Assembly (NCBI RefSeq): GCF_964204645.1
Contig: NC_134034.1
Span: 11,110,962-11,174,961, forward strand
Direction: 5' to 3'
From: Tubulanus polymorphus
Taxonomy: Eukaryota > Animalia > Nemertea
Length of the DNA: 64,000 nt
The notes beneath the pieces are model-generated. The model made no database searches and had not been told where the DNA came from. It worked only from the letters and a program-made list of their open reading frames with translations. Made by a program: the position numbers and the translations under genes. Positions 40,101-52,228 of the stretch are shown here, piece after piece; position 1 is the stretch's first letter; every line of letters starts with the position of its first letter.

Positions 40101-42236
40101 GGTCTCGTATCTAAGCCAAGACTCGTTCCTGGTTTTCTGCAGATGAAACGGATGATCACCTAATGCATTCGTTAATTCGTTTTCTCAAGGTCACGATACG
40201 TTCGATCGAATCACCACCGAATCGATTCTGAAATATGGATTCAGTGAAAATGGCCGATTCGTCAATAATACGCCGTATTCCGCGATTCATAAAGAAACGT
40301 TCAACTCGGGTCGACTCGGAGTAAAAGTCGGTGAGTTAGTCGTAAACAGGGCGGCTCCGCTCTTCTGGAAATCGGGGAAAAGTCGGCAAATTTTCTTTTC
40401 TTAGAAAAGTTAGGGAATACAGTAGTCGGGGAATTTTGTAGGAAAGTTTAAAATCAGGTAAAAGTCAGGGAAGTTTGTATTTTCGGTTTTCATGTTAAGG
40501 TAAAGGTTGGTACGAATACGAGAAGGGTTCCCGGGATGGATTCATCGACGAAGACGTTTTAGAGATTTTGGACCGGTTTCGCGCCGAACACAACGTTCAA
40601 CCTAGAATTCATTCTAAACAGGTTGGTAAGAAACTCGACGATTCAATTACTGGCAAGGTTACTGCGGCGAGCGAGCATCCACCAGGTGGTGCTAGTGTTA
40701 ATGAGGACGGGGCCGCTGGAATCAAAATGTATCCAATTGTTTTTCAGGGTTTAAAATTCTAGATGAAAGTCCGAGGTTTTAGTCGCGCCATCTAACAAGG
40801 GCGGAATTAGTCGTTGGACCAGGTGGACTGGTCCACCTAACATCTAAATTTCAATGGACCCTCCTAAATGTCTTGAAAAACTTTATTCGCACAGAAAGCT
40901 TTAAAACGATGAAAAATAAATCCAAATGGCTGGAGATAAGTGCCCCTTTTTGTCCTTTTCTGTGGAAGGCCACCAGAACCCCCATTATTGTTTCGCCCTT
41001 GTTGCACTTGAATTGCCAAATCTGCCCTTCTCAAATTAAGTACACTTTCAAATTTTCAAATCCATCCGCATGTAAGAATCCTTGATCCACTCTTGATCTA
41101 AGTGGGATGTGGCTGATGTGCCTGATCGCACCTATACTGCGTAGCAGTGTCAGTTACAGACGTTCAATCGGTCTTGATTTCAATCTATTTTCAGGAGATT
41201 ATAGAACGTTGCACGCTGTCGATGGTTCACGAATGTTTCCGTATTTTACAGGATGGAATCATCAGTTGTCCGGACGATATTGATTTCATATGGTAACGTC
41301 TGCTACTCATAACGACAGACGTTCAGGTGGCTGTCGTTGCTGAATAGTTGGTTCAATTTAACCGGTGGATAGTTGACATAGCGACAATAAAAACTTCATC
41401 GTTATTATGATTTTTTATCCGCTGGTTATCTTTAACTAACTTTTCAGCGACTGGGTCCAGTTACACAATTCCGAGTTAAGATTTAACTCTCGAGTTAGCT
41501 CATTGAAATTGAAAATGAACTTACTTTAACTCTAACTCACAACTGTGGGACTGGATCCTGGGCTTTTACAAAAAGAGTTGACTTCTCAACCTTCTTCAAT
41601 ATCAGAAGTGCAGACTTCATTGTGGGTTCTGTGGTTCTTTTGCTAGATGAAACACTCCTCTTACCTTGTGTCGGATTTGTGTTCAATTTCCAGAGTTGCA
41701 GTCCTCGGACCATTTCTGAAAACGGTTCGATGTCCCCTGGCTTAGCTTGAAAACCACTTAAGATTCAATACCTTATTGAAACTGTCCCTGAAACTATTCT
41801 TTTGAATTCCTGAGAAATAGTTATATCCTAAAAACATGTCTCATTGACCCCGATTTGGATATTTGCAGGTTGTTGCCGGTTAATGTGGAGGAAGCTCATT
41901 TCGAATATCTTTGTTTTTTGCAGCGTGACGGCGTTAGGATGGCCTAAAACCACCGGGGGTCCGCTGTTCTACGCGAGTCGCACCGGTCTTAACAATCTAC
42001 TCGCTAAAATGAAACATTATCGAACTTCATTGAGTAAGTCAGTAAATTATGTAGGGAAATTGGGTATTTAGAAATTCATGTTGGCCATTGATCAAGTTTA
42101 AAAAATGTCTTCATTTTCTATATTTGTAGCCGACGCCCTCCAGTGGACACCCTGTGAACTACTAGTTGAACTGGCAGCTCAGGATGTTCCGTATGCCGAA
42201 TGGATGTCGTTTTTGGAGAAAAGCTCAAAACTTTAG
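37121..42236 (+). CDS. EHHADH: EHHADH-derived L-3-hydroxyacyl-CoA dehydrogenase lacking the enoyl-CoA hydratase domain; N-terminal presequence and C-terminal SKL (507 aa)
   Basis: Exons 37121-37183, 37318-37455, 37824-37979, 38625-38768, 38993-39112, 39192-39344, 39489-39660, 40190-40330, 40500-40621, 41195-41292, 41924-42033, 42130-42236 (1524 nt, in frame). Motifs: VGVVGGGGTMGSG (NAD), VIEAVFENLELKK, SNTSSL, GTHFF..LLE, FVANR, PMGPF, GRLGVKVGKGWYEY, GWPKTTGGP and terminal SSKL*. The first two exons are less certain than the rest. Confidence 0.88.
38020..38570. repeat. 132-bp tandem repeat (4 copies) in intron 3
   Basis: GAAACCCCCTCATCACA recurs at 38041, 38173, 38305 and 38437. Confidence 0.92.
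41454..41557. mobile_element. Palindromic MITE with CTG flanks
   Basis: CTG|GGTCCAGTTACACAATT...AACTGTGGGACTGGATC|CTG. Relatives at ~12296-12420, ~42890-42985, ~43465-43562 and ~55287-55390. Confidence 0.6.
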
Positions 42237-45200
42237 TCGTTTGACTTCAATTTGAGAATAACAGCTTAATCTATTCCATATTCAAGAACTATCGGGGTTC
42301 AAAATACCCGCAGTTCTTACGAATAGCGTCTGTATTTCTGAATAATCAAGAAACTATTTGATGTATTGTTCTTATCATGTTTTAATCAATAAATGTAATT
42401 TATATTCAATCAATGTGCTTAATGAGGAAGTTGAATGTTGAGTGAACCGCCGAGAAGCAGAGGAACTCTTTAAGTGCGATGTTAGCAGTGCAGACGCTGT
42501 TTGGCATCGGCTAAATTAGTACATGTTCGCCATCTATTGGAATTTTGCTGAACTTTCAAATTTCTAGGCCAAGATTCCCGCGTTCAGAGCTTAGATTGGG
42601 ATGGGTTCGAACCTCTGTCTCCTCCCTGTCCTCCACAGGTAGTAAATAACTGTCCGACAGTGCGTGTTTATATCAATATGCATTTTTTATTTCATTCATT
42701 TTTTTATCACACATTTGTTTCACGTTTTTGTTTCACATGTTTCTTGCATACGTTCGCATCAGTTTTTCTATTCACATAATTATTGTCTCGTCGAGAGAAC
42801 ATTCGCGCTCGGTCCGCGCACAAACAATACATACATGGAAACTATCAAACTCTATATTGTTCGTCGTCTAATGTTTTTCTACCTACATAGACCCAGTTCA
42901 GAGTCGACTCGAGTTAAAATTGAGCTCAATCGTTTCACTCGCATAAATCGAGTTAAATCCTAACTCACAACTTCGTAACAAGGTCCTGAGACTCTCCGAC
43001 CCAAAATTGAATCTTTAACACTGGTCGGAGACCAAACAAAAATAGGCTTTAGACTGGTCTTAATAACGTTGGTAAATAGACAATAAAACCTGACACTTCT
43101 GAAAACGAAGCTTTAGACTGGTTTTAAATCTTATCTTCACACTAGACTGACAAACTAGATCCGGGGTTAGCTTTGAATTTGGTACCGGTAAATAAGGCGA
43201 GCAATTTTCTTCACTCGTATCAAGCCAAACACCCCTGGGCTGGTTTTATAGACCTGTATTACCTTTAACCCGAGGGCTAACTCAATTGAAAATGAATTGA
43301 ATTAGCCCACGGTTTAACGGTAATATGAAACCAGGCCCTCTTCAGTTTTTATTTGAATATTTAGTACCGGTGTAACTGTAACTTCAGTGAGATCTTCTTC
43401 CACAGTGGAAGTATATCTCATTTGCAATGAGTTCACAAACGCAATGGCATCACAAACCCTGCCGATCCAGTTCCACAGCTGTGACTCATTAAAATTTCGC
43501 TCTATCGACGTTAAATCGGTTCATCTTGCGAAATCCAAACCGCGACAACCGTGGAACTGGATCTCGAGTTCATCAACAATTTATCGTACATTAACAAGAG
43601 ACCATAACATAAAAACCTTTGTTCATTGTTCATTGTACGTAGTCTCAGAAAAATTAAATTATTTTACAAAAAAAAGATTCTCGCACAATGCAAGAAATAT
43701 TCTTAAGCAAGCTCATCCATATAAATTTGCATAAACCAAAGACAGAATGTTAATGGCAGACATAAAATTTGAATTCAACTGTCAACTGTTGAACAGCAGA
43801 CGTACGATTTGAATTCAACTGATGAACAGCAGATGCATAATTTGAATTTAACAGTCAACTGAATATCAGACGCATAATTTCAATTCAACTGTCATCTCTG
43901 TTGAACATGTTATTATTGAATAATGCAAAAAAAAACAAATAACACATTAAACTGTACATTTTATGTACAAATTGATATTAATATTACTTAATCAATTATC
44001 ACAGTTTTAATTAAATAAAAAAGAAATTATCATCATTATTAACAGAAGTTAAGCGGGCACGGCCAACCGGAACAAACTGTCAGGAAAAACCGAGAAAATA
44101 CCAATTGCAATGACAACCTCACTCGATCGAGTCCCAGAAACTTATTACGATGGAATATGGCACTTTTAAAAATAGGGATAAATTTCAAAACGTTAACAAA
44201 TAGTTTACAGAAAAAAATGTGATCCCGATTGATGAGCTACGATATGGAGAAGGGGATAGAGATTGGGGAGGCATAGAGATATAGAGATGGGAGGAGTTGG
44301 TTTGAACAACATACAATGAACAATGAACCTATAACACTGTACAAAAAAATCCTCATGATTCAAAACTATTTCAACAAAACACGGGCAACAAATACACGTA
44401 CACAACCTATAGATACAGATAGCCGACGAACTCTGTGTCTTACCTCGCTGGGTTAACTGTCTGGAGATAGACGGATCCCTGGCACCGGTTTCAGCAAGCA
44501 ATAAATTATGATCATTTACTAATGGAAACCTCTCATTTTCGTTGACTTCAATGATTCAGTAAAATTATGATTAGCTACTGATTGATGATGACTTTCTCAT
44601 TATCAATGACTTCAATGATTCAGTAGAATTAGGAAATTACAATAGAACTTGCTCAAATGGGATATTTGATTATTCAGCTTCGTAAAACCGGGGCCGACCC
44701 AGAAACACGGGTTCAATTTTGCTGACAAGATTGAATTGTTTTTTTTTTTAAATTTTATAATCATTAATACTCGACTAATTACTGGATAGCCTTTTTTAAT
44801 CGGCGGAATCCAAGGAAGTACCGACAACTATCGCGACACATCACCGATCTACTAATTAACGAATCTACTAATTAGGAACTTAATTACCGACCTCTACTAA
44901 CAAACAGTTTCTCACACGCGACGACTTTCAAAATACTTCGCAGTAAAATTAGTTTCCATCTCGTCCTAATTTATCATATTTCTGTTTTTTGTTTTATGTT
45001 TACACGCACGTTCGTCTCGTTCAAACCCTGAATATATTTACACCGATTTTATTTACATAGCTGAGAAAATCAGAATCATATCGACCCCCCCCGAAATACC
45101 CCCCTATCATATCGCCCCCTCTATCGCACAGGCTTTCACGCTATCATCCCCTCGGGTCTCACCACGAACCCCCACCCCCCACGCAACATACACACAAATA

Positions 45201-45911
45201 CCCCTATTTCATAACACGCAAGGATATGTGAAGATTAAGACACCACACACGGTAAACGCGACGCACTCGCGAATTTCAGATTCCCGTCGGAATTCCATTT
45301 ATACGAGAAAATCTTCAGCTCTATTCGTAGAAACGCGAAACTCCCTTAAAAAACGTCGGCTTTTATCTAAAAACAAAAATCTTTTGGCAATAGATTACCG
45401 CCTACACGCGAATCTCCCTATGACATCATCAAAACTGTGAAACGCGGAAATTAACTGGATCGAAGTTCAGACGATCAGGATGGTTTATCGCGGTAGTTCA
45501 GTGGAGGCGGCCATCTTGAAACCGCCCTCTCTAGTTATAAATTTAGGAGTTATTTTCAGCGTAAATTTTCGCATTAACATCCCAGACTCACACGTTTAAT
45601 ACGAGCACGGCACACGCTATATCGGGCACACGGTTTTAAATTGGCACACGTTTTATCATCATTGATTTGATTAGAATGATGTGTACTTATTAAACTCACA
45701 CTCTCTCTCGCGCGCGCGCACACGTCCGGCACACGCCTCATTATTAAAACTATATTTCGAATACCACACGGAAAGAAATCGAAAATGGCCTAAGCCAACA
45801 AATCACAACAGTGGCGCCATCTATACGTGGATTCGGCTATCAGTCACAAATCAAACGCAGTCGACGAACGCCAATGTTTCATCAGTGAAAAATAATGCCA
45901 CATCGCAGGAC

Positions 45912-46035
45912 TATCGGACTAACTGGCACACGACTGTGACCAGTAATATCGGACTAACTGGCACACGACTGTGACCAGTAATATCGGACTAACTGGCACA
46001 CGACTGTGACCAGTAATATCGGATTAACTGGCACA
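45912..46035. repeat. 35-bp tandem repeat (~3.5 copies) in the TLK 3'UTR region
   Basis: TATCGGACTAACTGGCACACGACTGTGACCAGTAA repeated. Confidence 0.85.
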
Positions 46036-46269
46036 TGGTTTTAGCCAACAATCTTGGAATAATTGGCACACGGTAGTCAGCAGTGCTCCGGACTGTCAAC
46101 TGGCACACGTTAATCCCGCATTAATCAGCAACGGCACGCGACGAGTCAGCACACCATCCAGTCGTTTTCCGAAGTCGAGTGATTCTAAAATCCGGATTCT
46201 TCTTTCGTCGTCTGTCGTCGTGTTGTAATAATGACTAGTTGCAATTGTCGCTAACGGCGACCGTTGTTA

Positions 46270-49200
46270 TCACGACGGCGTTAGAGAATGATGATGGTGA
46301 TGATGAGATGACGATGAATAATGATTCGGCGAAGATGACGACGACGAGGTATCGTGTAATTGCCTGGAAATATAAAACGAAAAAGATTTTTATTTTAAAT
46401 TTCGCCCATCTCCAGATCATTGGTTTTTCGAGGAAAAATTTGACAAAAAATTTTCACTCAGAAAATTTAGATTTCTCTTATTTAGCCGAGTTAAATACCT
46501 AATTAATGATTTGGATTGTTTTACTTTGTCGTAGGGGAGGAAGGTGCCGAGGTCATCTTCAATTGGGGACTGAAAAAAAAGCGACAACAGTGCAAACAAC
46601 AGTTACAATAGCAACAACGAGCAGACGACGTAAGCAGACGACGTAAGCAGACGGTTGCGAGCTGCGACAAGCAGGAAACGCACGCAACAAAAATTAATCG
46701 AAAAATAACAACCAGGCAATTTCTCCTAAATTCCAGTGGCTGTACAGGGTGGCCACTTTTATCTGACTTGCTTCCCCCCCCGACTATTCCCAGACATGTA
46801 CATTGTTTTCCCTGACTTGATTTGCTAAGAATCCAATTAACGTACTCAATACGCAAGACGTAAACGAAAACTGTTTGATTTTTACACACGATCTCGCAAT
46901 CTCGACAAATTTCCCCGACTTTTAGCTTTGTTACAAAATTCCCAAGACTTTCCTTGATTTCCAGGTAAGAGGCCAACCTGTTGTAGTATATAGTATCATG
47001 GCAACGAATTAACAACAGTAGCATTATCGACGGCGCGTCTGCTAATGGAGCGAGACGGATACTTACTTGGATTTTAAAACCGACGGTTTCAAATAATCGT
47101 CTTGCGACAGAGCGAGCACGTCGGGTCGCGCGTCCTTTGACTTTTGAAGACACCTTCGGATAAAATTCTACGAGGACGAAAAAAACAACAAAACGAACAT
47201 TTTTGATATTTCGATGGTTTTTTTGGTTTATTCTGCCGATTGACGCTTGACGAGTGTCTTACCTTGGCCTCCTGCGTGACTACCGGTTTAGCCGGGAACT
47301 CGGGAGCGGCTGGCCCATTCACAATTAAATTCTGTTCTAATATCTCAGCTTGTGATTTGTCATGGCCAAAAGGCTGGAAAAGGAATTCAACAGATAAATT
47401 GTAAATCGATTCAAGGATGATTCTAAGGGAAGTGTTTGTTTGAAAGAATGATTTCAGCAGAAGTGTCTACATTTCATGGGAGTAGTTTTCTCAAAAAACT
47501 GATTTGGCTAGTTTTAGAAATATCGATGACACAAATATACAGACCTTTCTGCCGTAGAGACATTGATAAAATATCACTCCCACCGACCACACGTCGACTT
47601 TTGAAGAAATCTTAGGTGGCGATTTTCCAATATGAAAGCACTCGGGCGGAAGGTACCTGTCAACAGAACACGATATACATGTTTCATCATCAGTTCTAAC
47701 TTAAGCAATGGTTTATTTACTATCAGTTATGACGAACAGATTTTCCGGCGCCCCAAAGTTTAATTGTGTAATGACGAGGTTTTGCAGTATTTGAGTAACA
47801 AATTGCCCACTGTTCACCCCTCACCTATGATCGCCGCCCCCCCCCCCCAAGACCTCGTTGTAACTATACATACCAGTATGTTCCAGCACCTTGAGACGTT
47901 AAATCCATACCACTATCAGGATTATATTTATCTTCTTCCATGATTTTACTGAGACCGAAGTCGGTGATTTTGATTTCACCGCTCGCGTTCCCAGAACCGA
48001 GAAGAATGTTACCTACAACGTACAACGTATGCAATACTGTAGCAAGGGCGGGGCCATGATTTCTGTAAGGCAGGGTATCAGGGTACTGAAGGGCACAAAA
48101 GTAATCGCGAAGGGCAGCCTGACGTGGCAAGCGCTGAAGCCATCAATGGGGGTCTGGTTCTTCCCCCAGAAAATTGTGAAATCTTGAATTTCTAATGGCT
48201 GTCATTCATATTTCTTTGTAAAATGAAGAAAAAAAAAACCAATTTTTTCCTAAAAATTTTGAGGGCACCTCTAGATCCCCCCTTGTATAGATAGATCCAC
48301 AGGGCTGTAGACTAGAGGGGACCCACTGGATACAGTCGACTAGAAAACGCTTACGACTAACTGGGTACGAGAATCCGGAACTCGTAACTGTGACAAAGAA
48401 CCAACGAATGAACCATCGGGACCGAAAAGGACAAGAGATTACAAACATAGCTTACCGGGTTTAAGATCGTAATGTATGACGGGAGGCTTGATTTCGTTGA
48501 GATATTTCAACGCGTTAATCGTTTGAACCATGATTGAACGAGCCTCTCGTTCGGGAATAATCTTATTCTGTTTCAGATAGAAATCCAGGTCGTTCCCGTT
48601 ACAATACTCTAACACTGTACAAAAACTGAAAATTATAATTATAATCATTTCAATAATAATCATGATGATAATGATAGATTATATTTTGAGATAGTGCTTC
48701 GAATTATAAAATTTACTACCCTACTCCCTCTCTACCACTCTCCCTACTCCCTCTCTACCACTCTCCCTACTCCCTCTCTACCACTCTTCCTCTCCCTCTC
48801 TACCCCTCTTCCTCTCCCTCTCTACCCCTCTTCCTCTCCCTACTCCCTCTCTACCACTCTCCCTACTCCCTCTCTACCACTCTCCCTACTCCCTCTCTAC
48901 CACTCTCCCTACTCCCTCTCTACCCCTCTTCCTCTCCCTACTCCCTCTCTACCACTCTCCCTACTCCCTCTCTCCCTACTCCCTCTCTACCCCTCTTCCT
49001 CTCCCTCTCTACCCCTCTTCCTCTCCCTACTCCTCTCTACCACTCTCCCTACTCCCTCTCTACCACTCTCCCTACTCCCTCTCTACCACTCTCCCTACTC
49101 CCTCTCTACCCCTCTTCCTCTCCCTCTCTACCCCTCTTCCTCTCCCTACTCCCTCTCTACCACTCTCCCTACTCCCTCTCTCCCTACTCCCTCTCTACCC

Positions 49201-52171
49201 CTCTTCCTCTCCCTCTCTACCCCTCTTCCTCTCCCTACTCCCTCTCTACCCCTCTCCCTACTCCCTCTCTCCCTACTCCCTCTCTCCCTCTCTCCCTCTC
49301 TACCACTCTCCCTACTCCCTCTCTACCCCTCTCCCTACTCCCTCTCTCCCTACTCCCTCTCTACCACTCTTCCTCTCCCTACTCCCTCTCTACCCCTCTC
49401 CCTACTCCCTTTCTACCACTCTTCCTCTCCCTACTCCCTCTCTACCCCTCTTCCTCTCCCTACTCCCTCTCTACCCCTCTTCCTCTCCCTACTCCCTCTC
49501 TACCACTCTCCCTACTCCCTCTCTCCCTACTCCCTCTCTACCCCTCTTCCTCTCCCTACTCCCTCTCTACCCCTCTTCCTCTTTCTACTCCCTCTCTACC
49601 CCTCTCCCTACTCCCTCTCTCCCTACTCCCTCTCTCCCTACTCCCTCTCTACCCCTCTTCCTCTCCCTACTCCCTCTCTACCCCTCTTCCTCTCCCTACT
49701 CCCTCTCTACCACTCTTCCTCTCCCTACTCCCTCTCTACCCCTCTTCCTCTCCCTATTCCCTCTCTACCCCTCTTCCTCTCCCTACTCCCTCTCTACCCC
49801 TCTTCCTCTTTCTACTCCCTCTCTACCCCTCTTCCTCTCCCTACTCCCTCTCTACCCCTCTTCCTCTCCCTACTCCCTTTCTACCACTCTTCCTCTCCCT
49901 ACTCCCTCTCTACCCCTCTTCCTCTCCCTATTCCCTCTCTACCCCTCTTCCTCTCCCTACTCCCTCTCTACCCCTCTTCCTCTCCCTACTCCCTCTCTAC
50001 CCCTCTTCCTCTCCCTACTCCCTCTCTCCCTACTCCCTCTCTACCCCTCTTCCTCTCCCTACTCCCTCTCTACCCCTCTTCCTCTTTCTACTCCCTCTCT
50101 ACCCCTCTCCCTACTCCCTCTCTCCCTACTCCCTCTCTACCCCTCTTCCTCTTTCTACTCCCTCTCTACCCCTCTCCCTACTCCCTCTCTCCCTACTCCC
50201 TCTCTACCCCTCTTCCTCTCCCTACTCCCTTTCTACCCCTCTTCCTCTTTCTACTCCCTCTCTACCCCTCTCCCTACTCCCTCTCTCCCTACTCCCTCTC
50301 TACCCCTCTTCCTCTTTCTACTCCCTCTCTACCCCTCTCCCTACTCCCTCTCTCCCTACTCCCTCTCTACCCCTCTTCCTCTCCCTACTCCCTTTCTACC
50401 CCTCTTCCTCTTTCTACTCCCTCTCTACCCCTCTCCCTACTCCCTCTCTCCCTACTCCCTCTCTACCCCTCTTCCTCTCCCTACTCCCTTTCTACCACTC
50501 TTCCTCTCCCTACTCCCTCTCTACCCCTCTTCCTCTCCCTACTCCCTCTCTACCCCTCTTCCTCCCCCTACTCCCTCTCTACCCCTCTCCCTACTCCCTC
50601 TCTCCCTACTCCCTCTCTACCCCTCTTCCTCTCCCTACTCCCTCTCTACCACTCTTCCTCTCCCTACTCCCTCTCTACCCCTCTTCCTCTCTCTACTCCC
50701 TCTCTACCCCTCTTCCTCTCCCTACTCCCTCTCTACCCCTCTTCCTCTCTCTACTGTTGTACTAGCCACTAAATGATGTTATGTAGTAGTTTTGATAATA
50801 CAACACACATTTCGAGATTTTGACACAAATGATCGAATCAGTTTTCGAACGAACCACTAGGGGGCTTACCAATTATTATCTATTTCGAATACGTCGCGTA
50901 GTTTAACTATTCTAGCGTGGTCTAGTTGTTTGTGTATGTTACATTCCCGTACGGCGTGTCTGCAAAACAAACAGAACAAATCGGTTAATAGTATGATTGA
51001 CAGGCGCGTACGCGCGGTGGGCGGGGCTATACGTACTTTATATAGTTCGCCTTCTTTTCGTCGTTCCACGAATTGTTTAATTGGTGAATTTTACATGCCA
51101 CGTAACTTTGGTCTTTCAGATCAAATGCCTACAAACGATAAATCAGTACGCCGATGATAATACGCGATATGCGAACCAATCAATTAACAGGGTGGCGCCA
51201 CCTTAATTTGACTCGCATTCTCGCTAACTTTCCCCCGATACGCGCGTTGTTTTCCCCGACTCGATCTGATAAGAATCCGATCGAACAATTAACACAGTCA
51301 AATATGTAGACATTGACGGAAACTGTTCTGATTTTATCTAGCAATATCAACAAATTTCACTGACTTTTCCCTGATTTTGAGCTTTTCTACATTTCCCGAC
51401 TTTTATTAGACTCACTTTTCCCCCGACTATTCCCCGACATGCGCGTTGTTTTCCCTGACTTGATCTGCTAAGAATCCGATCAATTAACGCAGTCAAATAT
51501 GTAAAACATTGACGGAAACTGTTTGATTTTATGCACGATCTAGAAGCTTTCTTACAAAATTCCTCGACTTTTTTCAAGAAAAGAAAATTCCCCGACTTTC
51601 CTTGCTTTCCAATTAAGTGGCCACGCAGTAATATTTAGGATTTCAGGCGATTGCGATGAAACTCGAAAATTTCTGGACGGTTTTCGAAGCTGATTTTCTC
51701 ACCTTATGTACTTCGCTAAATCCACCTTTTCCTAATAGATTCAGTAGAAGATAACGTTCGTTTAAAATCGGATGAGATTTAAACCTGGAATTCAACAAAC
51801 AAATCCGTTAATTTCTTCGTGTTTCCGAAACGATGGTCGGTTCCGTAAAAATCCCCCTATGACATCATCGAAATAGTCGACTAATGAACGTTAGTATCGA
51901 TAAGTCTTCCAGAAAAGATGGTTGCCTTCCTCAATCCCCCTATGACATCATCAAATTATCTACGAGTGAATATTATTTAAAGACGCTTCTACTAGTAAAG
52001 ATGTCAGACTCCATAAATCCCCCTATGACATCATCAAATTATCTACTAGCGAATCTATAGATGCTTCAAAAAAGATGTCTGCCTCCTTAATTCCCCCTTT
52101 GACATTATCAATTGTCTACCAGTGAATATAATCTATAAACGCTTCTACAAGTAAAGATGTTCGAATCCATA

Positions 52172-52228
<57 letters not shown>

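Noticed and set aside
46521-47153. 210-aa minus-strand ORF as a separate gene
   Set aside because: It spans an out-of-frame TLK exon, an intronic repeat and the small TLK tail exon.
48694-50772. 692-aa Pro/Leu/Ser ORF
   Set aside because: Artefact of a G-free low-complexity tract with almost no possible stop codons; antisense within a TLK intron.
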